This document shows, piece by piece, positions 1-10,790 of a stretch of 64,000 nt of DNA. A program made the position numbers and the translations under genes. The stretch is from Patescibacteria group bacterium (GTDB lineage Bacteria > Patescibacteriota > Minisyncoccia > Phycocordibacterales > Phycocordibacteraceae), in the NCBI GenBank assembly GCA_038064595.1, contig JBBTSV010000005.1, positions 612-64,611 of the forward strand. The letters are read 5' to 3'. The first letter of the stretch is position 1. Each line of letters opens with the position of its first letter. The notes beneath the pieces were generated by a model. It was given only the letters and a program-made list of their open reading frames with translations, did not search any database and had not been told where the DNA came from.

Positions 1-22
1 GGTTCAATTCCCGGCAGCCCGA
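1..22 (+). tRNA. 3' fragment of a tRNA, probably tRNA-Pro (cut by window edge)
   Basis: GGTTCAATTCCCGG T-arm plus CAGCCCGA acceptor strand, nearly identical to the 3' end of the next tRNA-Pro; anticodon is outside the window. Confidence 0.7.
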
Positions 23-44
23 CACAGGGCATCTCCACACAAAG

Positions 45-115
45 CGGGCTATAGTATACCGGTAGTACGCATGCATGGGGTGCATGTAGACCGGGTTCGA
101 TTCCCGGTAGCCCGA
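45..115 (+). tRNA. tRNA-Pro(GGG)
   Basis: Acceptor CGGGCTA/TAGCCCG, anticodon arm CATGC-AT GGG GT-GCATG, T-arm CCGGG-TTCGATT-CCCGG; CCA not encoded. Confidence 0.95.
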
Positions 116-138
116 CTAAACGCAGTGCAGGAGGTGTA

Positions 139-232
139 GGGAATCGAAGGCCGGAGGCCCGAAGGGGCCGAGGCGGGGTCGCGCAAATTTCTAGCAAGAA
201 ATTATGCGTGACCGATTCCCGGTAGCCCGACT
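139..232. repeat. tRNA-3'-anchored structured element, copy 1
   Basis: GGGAATCGAA (antisense to the T-arm), core GCCGGAG..CGAGGCGGGGTCGCG..CGTGACC, then a 20-bp exact duplication of the tRNA-Pro 3' end (213-232 = 98-117). Confidence 0.8.
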
Positions 233-269
233 GAATTTCATCCCCTCGTATGCTAAAATCCTTCATCAA

Positions 270-340
270 GGGCCTATAGTTCAGCGGTAGAACGCGTCCA
301 TGGCATGGACGAGGTCGGGGTCCGACTCCCCGTAGGTCCA
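270..340 (+). tRNA. tRNA-Ala(GGC)
   Basis: Acceptor GGGCCTA/TAGGTCC with G3:U70 Ala identity pair; anticodon arm CGTCC-AT GGC AT-GGACG; T-loop TCCGACT. Confidence 0.93.
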
Positions 341-365
341 CAAATTTGATATAGTCTTTCGCAAC

Positions 366-436
366 GGGCCTATAGTAAAGTGGTATTACGCGTCATTCGC
401 ATTGACGAGGCGGGAGTCCGATTCTCCCTAGGTCCA
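366..436 (+). tRNA. tRNA-Ala(CGC)
   Basis: Same acceptor with G3:U70; anticodon arm CGTCA-TT CGC AT-TGACG; T-loop TCCGATT. Confidence 0.92.
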
Positions 437-630
437 CAAATACACAAAACCTGCCCTGCGGCAGGTTTTGTGTATTTGTGGAAGCCGCAGTGATGTTCGG
501 CTAGCAAGCCGAACCACGAGGCGGGGTAGCGGAAATCTGTGAGCGACCTAAATTTTAACGACCAAAGGGAGTATAAAATTGGAAGTACTCTCTGTGGTGT
601 GGCGACGAACAGATTATCCGTGACCACAAA
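433..630. repeat. tRNA-3'-anchored structured element, copy 2
   Basis: 23-bp perfect hairpin (433-482) overlapping the tRNA end, then core GCCGCAG..CGAGGCGGGGTAGCG..CGTGACC shared with 139-232, ending in CCACAAA like the tRNA 3' end. Confidence 0.75.
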
Positions 631-712
631 AGACATAAAGATTTTGATACTTTGACCGCAGAAATTTATGTGCTACAATATAAATTCCCAACACGTCTAG
701 GAGGAATGGGAA

Positions 713-1210
713 ATGAAGGAATTGTCGGGGGACAACCCCCACCTCGAGCTCCTTCTGAAGGAGCTCAGTGCCTGTATGCGGGCGTGTGGCGCAAACCGCG
801 CTACCCGCCACACCATGTTCGCTTACACCAGCAGCAGGCTCGTCACGCGCTTCGGCCAGCGTCGCGACGCGATAGCGCATGCGGCGCACAGCCTCAAGGC
901 GCTCCACAAGCTCCTCAAGGAGAAGCCGCCTGCTGAGAAGTTTGACGACGTAGCCATTCGTCTCGCCTTGGTCTTTGCGTGGGCGGAGTCGACTCCGAAG
1001 GAGTCGGCGGCGTTCGCCCAAGACGAGGTGCGCAACTTCACTGCGGGCGAGCGCACTGACCTTCCCGAAAAGGTCTTTGGGTTGGTTGCGACGATCAATG
1101 GCTGCAAGCCAGCCGCGACCCCCGAGGAGCACTATGTCTCGCAGGCGGGTCTGCGGGCCTATATGCTCGAACACCCGCCGCACCGCAAGGGGGCTAAGGG
1201 GCCCACGTGA
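713..1210 (+). CDS. hypothetical protein
   Basis: 165-aa ORF with AGGAGG Shine-Dalgarno upstream and a hairpin downstream; no recognised motif. Confidence 0.6.
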   Translation: MKELSGDNPHLELLLKELSACMRACGANRATRHTMFAYTSSRLVTRFGQRRDAIAHAAHSLKALHKLLKEKPPAEKFDDVAIRLALVFAWAESTPKESAAFAQDEVRNFTAGERTDLPEKVFGLVATINGCKPAATPEEHYVSQAGLRAYMLEHPPHRKGAKGPT

Positions 1211-1234
1211 TCTTTCAGGCCGCCGGAGCAATCC

Positions 1235-1285
1235 GGCGTTCTGCTTTTTATAAAAGCAGAACGCCCGCTAGAGCGGGCGTTCTGC
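1235..1285. terminator. bidirectional terminator-like double inverted repeat
   Basis: GGCGTTCTGCTTTT..AAAAGCAGAACGCC overlapping GCAGAACGCCCGC-TAGA-GCGGGCGTTCTGC, between convergent genes. Confidence 0.65.
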
Positions 1286-1304
1286 ACTCCTCGAGTGGAG
1301 AGGA

Positions 1305-1553
1305 TTAACTCAGGTGTGCCGAGACGAGCTTGGTCATCTCAAACATCGTGACTTCGTCCTTGCCGAAAACCGGTCTAAGTTTGTCGTCCGCGATAATGTT
1401 GCGCTTATTCTGGGGGTTCTGGAGGTTGTGCTTCTTGATGTACTCCCAGAGCTTCTTTACCACCTCGGTTCTTGGGTACGGCCCGGCACCGATAACCGCC
1501 TCCAGTTCTGGAGAAGGAGTGAGGGGTTTTGCGAACGCTGAATTGGTTGCCAT
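1305..1553 (-). CDS. stand-alone SWIB/MDM2-domain protein
   Basis: SPELEAVIG..PRTEVVKKLWEYIKKHNLQNPQNKRNIIADDKL SWIB signature. Confidence 0.92.
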   Translation of the reverse strand: MATNSAFAKPLTPSPELEAVIGAGPYPRTEVVKKLWEYIKKHNLQNPQNKRNIIADDKLRPVFGKDEVTMFEMTKLVSAHLS

Positions 1554-1630
1554 AAATGAATATAATTGTATTAAGACTAACTCCCTCTAGTATATAGCAT
1601 ACTCGAGGGGGTTTCTGCTACACTGTGGGT

Positions 1631-2377
1631 ATGCACGAAGGAATACACGTCGCCCTCAAGGCGGAGCAGATAGGCTCCGTTTTCAATTTCCCCATTACTA
1701 ATTCTCTCCTGTTGGCATGGGTGATAATGGCGCTCCTCATCGGGGGAGCGTATTTCTTTGGCCGTTCGCTCCGCACCATCCCTGGCAAATTTCAAGCGGG
1801 GGTCGAATGGGCGTTTGAGGGTGCGCTCGGCTATATGAGCGAGGTTTTGGAGAGTGAGGCGCTCGCGCGCCGTTTCTTCCCGCTTATCGCGACGATCTTC
1901 CTTTTTGTCGCTGTTATAAATGTGACCGAGTTTTTCCCCGGTATTGGGTCGGTCGGCTTTCTCCATGAAGGCGAATTTTCCCCTCTGCTTCGCGCGCCGA
2001 CGACCGACCTTAACTTTACCCTCGCGCTTGCAATGATTGCGTTTTTCACGATCGAGATCACCAGCATCGCGGTGCTCGGATTTTTCAAATATGCACGGAA
2101 GTATGTTAATCTGAAGTCGCCGATCGGGTTTGCCGTCGGGCTCATTGAGCTCGTCAGCAATCTCGGTCGGCTCATCTCGTTCTCGTTTCGTCTCTTTGGG
2201 AACATTTTTGCCGGAGAGGTGCTTGTGCTTGTCGCAAGTTTCTTCATCCCGTACGTGCTCCCTGCGCCCCTCATGGGCTTTGAGATGTTTATCGGGCTCA
2301 TCCAGGCACTCGTCTTTGCAATGTTAACGCTGTTCTTTATTAAGCTGGCGATCATGGATCCACACGAGGCGCACTAA
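1631..2377 (+). CDS. atpB: ATP synthase F0 subunit a
   Basis: SFSFRLFGNIFAGE and IQALVF motifs; first gene of the atp operon. Confidence 0.96.
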   Translation: MHEGIHVALKAEQIGSVFNFPITNSLLLAWVIMALLIGGAYFFGRSLRTIPGKFQAGVEWAFEGALGYMSEVLESEALARRFFPLIATIFLFVAVINVTEFFPGIGSVGFLHEGEFSPLLRAPTTDLNFTLALAMIAFFTIEITSIAVLGFFKYARKYVNLKSPIGFAVGLIELVSNLGRLISFSFRLFGNIFAGEVLVLVASFFIPYVLPAPLMGFEMFIGLIQALVFAMLTLFFIKLAIMDPHEAH

Positions 2378-2448
2378 CCCTTCACCGGGCGAGAGCGTTT
2401 GGTGTGGCTCCGAGATAGTGGGCCTTTTATTCGTAATACACCCTAATC

Positions 2449-2676
2449 ATGGATGTAGAATCAGCACGTTTGATCGGGATGGCGCTCGCCGCAGGGCTTG
2501 GGGTGATCGGTCCCGGACTTGGAATTGGACTTATCGGCAGTGGGGCGATGCAGGCGATCGGGAGAAATCCAGAAGCGTCTGGCAAAATTGTGTCGAACAT
2601 GATCCTCGCGATTGTCTTTACCGAGGCGCTCGGCATCCTCGCCCTCGTCGTCGCGTTCATCATCAAGTTCGTTTAG
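2449..2676 (+). CDS. atpE: ATP synthase F0 subunit c
   Basis: Gly-rich hairpin, RNPE loop, proton-binding Glu in FTEALG. Confidence 0.97.
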   Translation: MDVESARLIGMALAAGLGVIGPGLGIGLIGSGAMQAIGRNPEASGKIVSNMILAIVFTEALGILALVVAFIIKFV

Positions 2677-2689
2677 ATCACCACGCTCG

Positions 2690-3139
2690 ATGGACCAGCT
2701 TTTCTCAGCGTTCGGCATCGATTGGCGCCTACTCATTGCGCAGGCGATTAACTTTGCCTTGGTGCTTGTCGCGCTCCGTTACTTTCTCTACACCCCTGTG
2801 ATGGATATGCTCGCGAAGCGTAAGGCGCTGGTGGCGCAAGGAGTCGCCGATGCTGAAAAGGCGGGAGCACTCCTTGCGGGTGCTGACCACGAGGCGGCCG
2901 AGCGGGTCAGAACGGCTGATACTAAAGCACAGGAGCTCCTTGCTCGTGCGCGTGAGGCAGCGGCCGCCGAGAAGGGGCGCCTTCTCAAGGAGGCAGAGGA
3001 GCGGGCGGCCGCGCTCACGCGTGAAGCAGCTCTGCGCACAGAAGAGGCGGCCGCCCGCGGGAAGCGCGAGAGCGAGCGGGAGATCGCGCGAGTCGCCCTC
3101 CTCGCTGCAGAGAAGATTCTCAAGAAGCACTATGATTGA
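2690..3139 (+). CDS. atpF: ATP synthase F0 subunit b
   Basis: FGIDWRLLIAQAINF N-terminal TM plus coiled coil; operon position. Confidence 0.93.
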   Translation: MDQLFSAFGIDWRLLIAQAINFALVLVALRYFLYTPVMDMLAKRKALVAQGVADAEKAGALLAGADHEAAERVRTADTKAQELLARAREAAAAEKGRLLKEAEERAAALTREAALRTEEAAARGKRESEREIARVALLAAEKILKKHYD

Positions 3140-3503
3140 TACCTACACCCGCATACTCGAAGCTGCCGCGGAAGTCGAGGACAAAGAAGCGTCTGACGCA
3201 GCAGTCACCAAGCTCATCATGCACCTGAAGAGTATGGGCCGTCTCAAAATGCTGCCGCAGATTGCGCGGGAGCTGCGCAAGGTTGCCGCACGCCGCGCTG
3301 CACGGCGTCCGGTAATCGAAGTCGCGCATCACAAAGAAGCAGCTGCGGCGCTCCGCGCCGCAGCTGCAGCAGGCATTAGTGCCAGCCACACAAGCGTCAA
3401 TCACGGCCTTATTCACGGATGGCGTGCGCGCAGTCACGGCCGCCTCATCGATCATTCAGCGAAGCGTGCCCTCCTTACGATTTATCAGACCGTCACTCGG
3501 TAA
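3132..3503 (+). CDS. atpH: ATP synthase F1 subunit delta (short, divergent)
   Basis: Between atpF and atpA; C-terminal NHGLIHGWRARSHGRLIDHS resembles the delta C-domain. Confidence 0.75.
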   Translation: MIDTYTRILEAAAEVEDKEASDAAVTKLIMHLKSMGRLKMLPQIARELRKVAARRAARRPVIEVAHHKEAAAALRAAAAAGISASHTSVNHGLIHGWRARSHGRLIDHSAKRALLTIYQTVTR

Positions 3504-3506
3504 CGT

Positions 3507-5057
3507 ATGAATAGCATCATCGAACGTATTGAAAAAGAGATCGCCGCATGGGCACCCGAGGTGGGTGCTGAAGAGGTGGGTGTCGTGCGCGCTACCGGCG
3601 ACGGGATCGCTGAAATCGACGGGCTCGAGAAGGCAGTCCTTTCTGAGATGGTCCTCTTTGATCCCACGTTTGATCGCACGCTTACCGAGGCGCTCGCAGA
3701 CCCCAACCCAATCTATGGACTCATTTTGAATCTTGAAGAGGACGGCGTCCGTGCGGTCATTCTGGGCGATGCGTCCAAGATCTATGAGGGGATGCTCGTG
3801 CGTCGCCTCAACCGCCTCCTCTCAATCTCGGTCGGTCCCGAGCTTGTGGGACGCGTGGTGAACCCTCTCGGCGAGCCCGTCGACGGGAAAGGCCCGACGA
3901 AGGCGAAGGAGGAGCGGCCGATCGAGCGCGAGGCGTATGGCGTGATCGATCGTGCTCCGGTGAATGTCCCACTCCATACGGGTATCAAGGCGGTGGACGC
4001 GATGATCCCGATCGGTCGTGGTCAGCGTGAGCTCATCATTGGTGATCGCGGTACCGGCAAGACCACCATCGCGATCGACACCATTATCAATCAGAAGAGT
4101 GAGTCGGCCACTACGCGTCCTATCTGTATCTATGTCGCGATCGGTCAGAAAGAGAGCAAAACCGCCAAACTCGTGGCCGAGCTCGCCGCCCGCGGCGCGA
4201 TGGAGTACAGCATTGTAGTAACTGCTCCTGCATCTAGTCCTGCTGCCTTGCAGTTCCTTGCGCCGTTTGCGGGCGCGACCATCGGTGAATATTTTATGGA
4301 GCAAGGGAAGGACGCGCTCGTCGTCTACGACGACCTCTCTAAGCAGGCCGTTGCCTATCGTCAGCTGGCGCTCCTCTTGCGTCGCCCGCCGGGCCGCGAG
4401 GCATACCCGGGTGACATCTTCTACCTCCACTCACGCCTCCTCGAGCGTGCCGCCAAGCTTTCCAAGGAGAAAGGGGGAGGTTCTTTGACTGCGCTCCCGA
4501 TTATCGAGACGCAGGAGGGCGATGTCTCGGCGTACATCCCAACCAACGTGATCTCGATCACCGACGGACAAATTTACCTCGAGACGAACCTCTTCAATAA
4601 AGGGCAGCGTCCTGCCATCAATGTTGGTATTTCTGTTTCGCGCGTGGGAAGCTCGGCACAGACGAAGGCGATGAAGAAGGTCGCCGGCAAGATTAAGCTC
4701 GAGCTCGCTCAGTTTCGAGAACTGGAAGCCTTCATGCAGTTCTCTTCTGACTTGGATCCTGAAACCAAGAAGCGCATCGATGCTGGGCGTCGCATGACCG
4801 AGATTCTCAACCAGGGACGCGGTGTTCCGCTCCCCTTTGAAATGGAGGCAGCGATTATCTTTACTGCAACCAGCGGGTACCTGAATTCTTTTGCACCAGA
4901 AGAGATTAAGGAGGTTGAGGAGAAGCTTCGCGACTACCTCTACCGCGAGGCCGGCGGCGTCCTCGCCGCGATCAAAGAATCTCGTGAGATTCGTGAAGAG
5001 ACCGAGAAAACACTTCGCGAGAAGCTCGACGCCTTTGTCGCGCAGCATAAAAACTAG
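3507..5057 (+). CDS. atpA: ATP synthase F1 subunit alpha
   Basis: GDRGTGKT P-loop, [23 protein letters not shown]. Confidence 0.99.
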   Translation: MNSIIERIEKEIAAWAPEVGAEEVGVVRATGDGIAEIDGLEKAVLSEMVLFDPTFDRTLTEALADPNPIYGLILNLEEDGVRAVILGDASKIYEGMLVRRLNRLLSISVGPELVGRVVNPLGEPVDGKGPTKAKEERPIEREAYGVIDRAPVNVPLHTGIKAVDAMIPIGRGQRELIIGDRGTGKTTIAIDTIINQKSESATTRPICIYVAIGQKESKTAKLVAELAARGAMEYSIVVTAPASSPAALQFLAPFAGATIGEYFMEQGKDALVVYDDLSKQAVAYRQLALLLRRPPGREAYPGDIFYLHSRLLERAAKLSKEKGGGSLTALPIIETQEGDVSAYIPTNVISITDGQIYLETNLFNKGQRPAINVGISVSRVGSSAQTKAMKKVAGKIKLELAQFRELEAFMQFSSDLDPETKKRIDAGRRMTEILNQGRGVPLPFEMEAAIIFTATSGYLNSFAPEEIKEVEEKLRDYLYREAGGVLAAIKESREIREETEKTLREKLDAFVAQHKN

Positions 5058-5080
5058 GACACTGGGTGTCCTAACTTTGT

Positions 5081-7388
<2,308 letters not shown>

Positions 7389-7419
7389 AAGGTATGATAT
7401 ATCATACTAGCAGCACAGT

Positions 7420-7668
7420 ATGACGAAAACATTTCACCTGACGGTCGCACGGGTCGGAGAGAATCTCTTTGACGGGGAGGCGGTGTCAGTGACCCTGCCC
7501 GGAAAGGAGGGTATCTTTCAAGTCTTGCCTGAGCATGAAGCCTTTGTATCAGAGCTTGCGGTGGGACAGATGCACGTGAAGGCCGCCGATAACCAGTCGT
7601 ATCATTTTGAGATCCCTCATGGCGGGGTAGCTGAAGTCTCTCGCAATCAGGCGACTATACTTCTGTAG
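7420..7668 (+). CDS. atpC: ATP synthase F1 subunit epsilon (beta-sandwich only)
   Basis: VTLPGKEGIFQVLPEH motif; 82 aa with no C-terminal helices. Confidence 0.9.
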   Translation: MTKTFHLTVARVGENLFDGEAVSVTLPGKEGIFQVLPEHEAFVSELAVGQMHVKAADNQSYHFEIPHGGVAEVSRNQATILL

Positions 7669-7690
7669 GCAAGTGGTATACTGGGGGTAT

Positions 7691-8104
7691 ATGGAAGACG
7701 GCTTCTCTGATCAGGTACCACCCGAGCGCGTGCGGCCGCACTATCACGGCGACAATTCGCGGATCCTTTTCGTGATTGCCGCGGTTATCTTGGTCGTGGC
7801 CAAGTCAACTGGCGCCACGCTCCCGCTTTCAACTATCGGGACCGTGGTCACGGCAGTGATCTTGGTCGTTCTCGCGGGAATTACGAATCCAGCACAGGGG
7901 TGGATCCATTGGGCGAACGCGGTCTTCGCGACGGTAGGGACACTCCTTTTTGGAGTCACGGCGATCAGCCGTTATCGCACAGGAGTGAGCATGACCGATC
8001 CATCATTTGTCTATGTCGAAGTGCTCGCCCTCCTCTCCCTCATTACGCTCTACCTCACGACGCGTACTATCCGCGGCTTTCATCAACGCCCTCACCTTTC
8101 ATAA
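7691..8104 (+). CDS. multi-pass membrane protein
   Basis: About four hydrophobic segments; TGGTATACT -10 box just upstream. Confidence 0.75.
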   Translation: MEDGFSDQVPPERVRPHYHGDNSRILFVIAAVILVVAKSTGATLPLSTIGTVVTAVILVVLAGITNPAQGWIHWANAVFATVGTLLFGVTAISRYRTGVSMTDPSFVYVEVLALLSLITLYLTTRTIRGFHQRPHLS

Positions 8105-8105
8105 T

Positions 8106-8339
8106 ATGTCAGTCAAAATGTTTCTTCTCAATCAGTACGCCAAGTGGAAAATGAAAGACGTTCCCGCTGATCAGCGGGAACAGATGATCACCATGGTTTC
8201 TAAAGACCCGGAGCTCTTTCAGAAGATCGGCAAGGAGATCGAGCGACGCAAGAAGGGTGGGGAGAGCGAGATGAAGGCCGCGATGGAGGTGATGAAGAAA
8301 TACCGCGCCGAGCTCTCGGGTACGATACAGCGGAAATAA
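8106..8339 (+). CDS. small hypothetical protein
   Basis: MSVKMFLLNQYAKWKMKDVP..., 77 aa, tightly packed between neighbours. Confidence 0.75.
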   Translation: MSVKMFLLNQYAKWKMKDVPADQREQMITMVSKDPELFQKIGKEIERRKKGGESEMKAAMEVMKKYRAELSGTIQRK

Positions 8340-8342
8340 ATC

Positions 8343-8849
8343 ATGTACAGCCTCGTCATCCTCTTCGTCTTTCTCCAAGCGCTCGGCGCCTTCACTGGCG
8401 CCTTTGCGACCATCTGGGCAGAGCTCGCCTATATCCGCGCGATGCGCGACGGCAAGGTCGACCGCGCCGAGCGCACACACCTCGACGCTATAGCCACAGG
8501 GCTCCGCTTTGGTATGACCTTGATCCTTCTCGCCTCGCTCGGGCTCGTTATCCTCGCGTATGTGAGTGACCCCGGAGTGCAGCCCGGCTTCTCACAGAGC
8601 TACTGGACCCTGATGCTCCTCTCGCTCCTTATCGTCTGGGTCTCGTGGGCGCTCTCGCGTAAGCGAGTCTCCTTTGCCTACGGTTCAGCGATCGCCTTCT
8701 CGGCATGGTGGTTTCTCGCCTACGCGACGCTCGGGTGGCTCCCGCTCCTCTCCTTTGGCGCCGTGCTCGCCTCCTTCGTCGTCGTCACGGGGATCTTTTT
8801 TGTACTCCTCCAGCTCCTGCGCACTATTTCTCTCCGCTCCCGTAAGTAA
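8343..8849 (+). CDS. multi-pass membrane protein
   Basis: About five hydrophobic segments. Confidence 0.75.
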   Translation: MYSLVILFVFLQALGAFTGAFATIWAELAYIRAMRDGKVDRAERTHLDAIATGLRFGMTLILLASLGLVILAYVSDPGVQPGFSQSYWTLMLLSLLIVWVSWALSRKRVSFAYGSAIAFSAWWFLAYATLGWLPLLSFGAVLASFVVVTGIFFVLLQLLRTISLRSRK

Positions 8850-8851
8850 AA

Positions 8852-8918
8852 AATATTCTTATCACTAGCCGATCGTCAAAGATAAGAATATTGACAAACC
8901 ATTTGAATAGTTTATAAC
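8852..8918 (+). promoter_or_regulatory. sigma70 promoter with overlapping 12-bp inverted repeat
   Basis: AATATTCTTATC-N17-GATAAGAATATT overlapping TTGACA (8891), followed by TATAAC (8913). Confidence 0.6.
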
Positions 8919-8984
8919 CTAGGGCAGTAGTACCCGCGATTTTCGCAGACCGTTCCTCAGGGTTATCTGGGGTTGGAGACTTTC

Positions 8985-9377
8985 ATGAAGACAGCTATAG
9001 TGTTCGAAGCGGAAGAGATCGACAAGCTGAAGGTGCTGGTCGCGAAGCTTAGCAAGCTGGCGATGGAAGCTGCCACGGTCGCATCGGACATCAACGTGAT
9101 CCTCGGCGAGACTGGCGGGTCGGCGCACGACCTGAACCTGCTGCAGCCGATCGAGACCCTCGAGCTTACGATCCGTGCGCGGGATTGTCTGATGGCCGAG
9201 GGCGTCTATTACATCGGCGACCTGATCCAGCGCACCGAGACCGAGCTGCTGAAGATCCCCAATCTCGGCCGCAAGAGCCTCAACGAGATCAGGGAAGCGC
9301 TGGCCTCTCGCGGCCTCCAGTTTGGCACCCAGCTCGAGAACTGGCCGCCGCCGGGCTTGCAGGACCTGCGCAAGTAG
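8985..9377 (+). CDS. stand-alone RNA polymerase alpha C-terminal domain protein
   Basis: [60 protein letters not shown] matches proteobacterial RpoA CTD; GGAG SD. Confidence 0.92.
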   Translation: MKTAIVFEAEEIDKLKVLVAKLSKLAMEAATVASDINVILGETGGSAHDLNLLQPIETLELTIRARDCLMAEGVYYIGDLIQRTETELLKIPNLGRKSLNEIREALASRGLQFGTQLENWPPPGLQDLRK

Positions 9378-9581
9378 CGCCGTCAAGAACGGTAGAGGAG
9401 TCCCCGAGGGAGCCACGAGTGGCACCCGAGGGGATTTCGAATTTTAATGCTGGGGAAATGGCTTATTATATGGATTGTTTTGCCCCCGGGGCCGGATGCC
9501 TGGGCGAACACGTTGACTCCGGTCTTCGTGTTCGCCCCTCGATTCAGCTTGCGACACGAGCGTGTCGTCACCTGATAGAGG

Positions 9582-9616
9582 AGAAAACCCGCGCGGCGTA
9601 GCCGCGCGGGTTTTCT
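9582..9616. terminator. intrinsic terminator
   Basis: AGAAAACCCGCGCGGC-GTA-GCCGCGCGGGTTTTCT. Confidence 0.8.
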
Positions 9617-9646
9617 GTTTCTCGCCGCATAGTGTAGATTGGTTAG

Positions 9647-10744
9647 ATGCTTAAGATCGGTATCGTGGGTCTGCCGAACGTCGGTAAGTCGACGCTTTTT
9701 AATGCGCTCACCAAGGCGAGTGTGCCGGCAGAGAATTATCCTTTCTGCACCATCGACCCCTCGGTCGGTGTCGTCGGCGTGCCAGACGCGCGGCTCGCCA
9801 AGCTCGAGGCCTTTTCTTCGAGCGCCAAGGTGATCCCGGCGGCGATAGAATTCGTCGATATCGCAGGGCTCGTGAAGGGGGCCTCCACCGGCGAAGGGCT
9901 CGGGAACCAGTTCCTAGCCAATATCCGCGAGACCGATGCGATCCTCGAGGTGGTGCGCTTCTTTGACGACACCAGCATCCTCCACGTCGAGAATGAGGTC
10001 GAGCCGTATAAAGATATCGAGATTATCAACCTCGAGCTCGTCCTTGCCGACGCCGAGCAAGTGCGTAAGCGCCGCGACAAAATCGCACGCGACGTTACCA
10101 TGGGCGACAAGGCCGCGGTGCTTGAAGACAGCGCGCTCACCCTCCTTGCTCAAGCCTTCAGTCTCGGTAAGCTCGCGCTCCAGGCAGGGCTCTCAGAGGA
10201 TCAGAAAAGGGCAGTGCAGTCGCTCAACCTCCTTACCCTGAAGCCGATTCTTTATGCGTTTAATAAAAAGAGCGGTGGGCACAACCTCGATGAGCTTAAG
10301 GATGGGCGCGCGGAGCGCGCCATCGAGCTCGTGGAGTCGCTTGGCGGCCGCTACATCTATCTCGACGCCGCGACCGAGCGCGAGCTTAACGACGTCGCCG
10401 ATGAAGACCGTGAAGGCTTTCGCCAAGAGCTCGGGGTGAGCGAGGACGGCCTCGCGGGGCTCATCACCGCGGCATACAAGACGCTCGGGCTCATCTCCTT
10501 TTTTACGACCGGCAAAGATGAGACCCGCGCGTGGACGGTGAAGGCGGGGAGCACGGCGCCCGCGGCGGGCGCCGCCATCCACAATGACTTTTTGAATAAA
10601 TTTATCCGCGCCGAGGTTATCGAGTGGAGCACACTCCTTGCCGCTGGCTCCTACGCCGCCGCCCGCGAGAAGGGCCTCGTGCGCACAGAAGGGAAGGAGT
10701 ACGTGGTGAAGGATGGGGATGTTATAGAGTTTTTGCACGGCTGA
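9647..10744 (+). CDS. ychF: redox-regulated ATPase YchF
   Basis: GIVGLPNVGKSTLFN, NYPFCTIDP, DIAGLV, C-terminal TGS domain. Confidence 0.98.
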   Translation: MLKIGIVGLPNVGKSTLFNALTKASVPAENYPFCTIDPSVGVVGVPDARLAKLEAFSSSAKVIPAAIEFVDIAGLVKGASTGEGLGNQFLANIRETDAILEVVRFFDDTSILHVENEVEPYKDIEIINLELVLADAEQVRKRRDKIARDVTMGDKAAVLEDSALTLLAQAFSLGKLALQAGLSEDQKRAVQSLNLLTLKPILYAFNKKSGGHNLDELKDGRAERAIELVESLGGRYIYLDAATERELNDVADEDREGFRQELGVSEDGLAGLITAAYKTLGLISFFTTGKDETRAWTVKAGSTAPAAGAAIHNDFLNKFIRAEVIEWSTLLAAGSYAAAREKGLVRTEGKEYVVKDGDVIEFLHG

Positions 10745-10790
10745 ACAGTTTGGGGCGTGAATGGTTGTTTTGTGGTATAATCGTCTACAT

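Noticed and set aside
98-232. attL/attR of a prophage or integrative element
   Set aside because: Only about 95 bp lie between the tRNA-end duplicates and there is no integrase, so it is reported as a small element instead.
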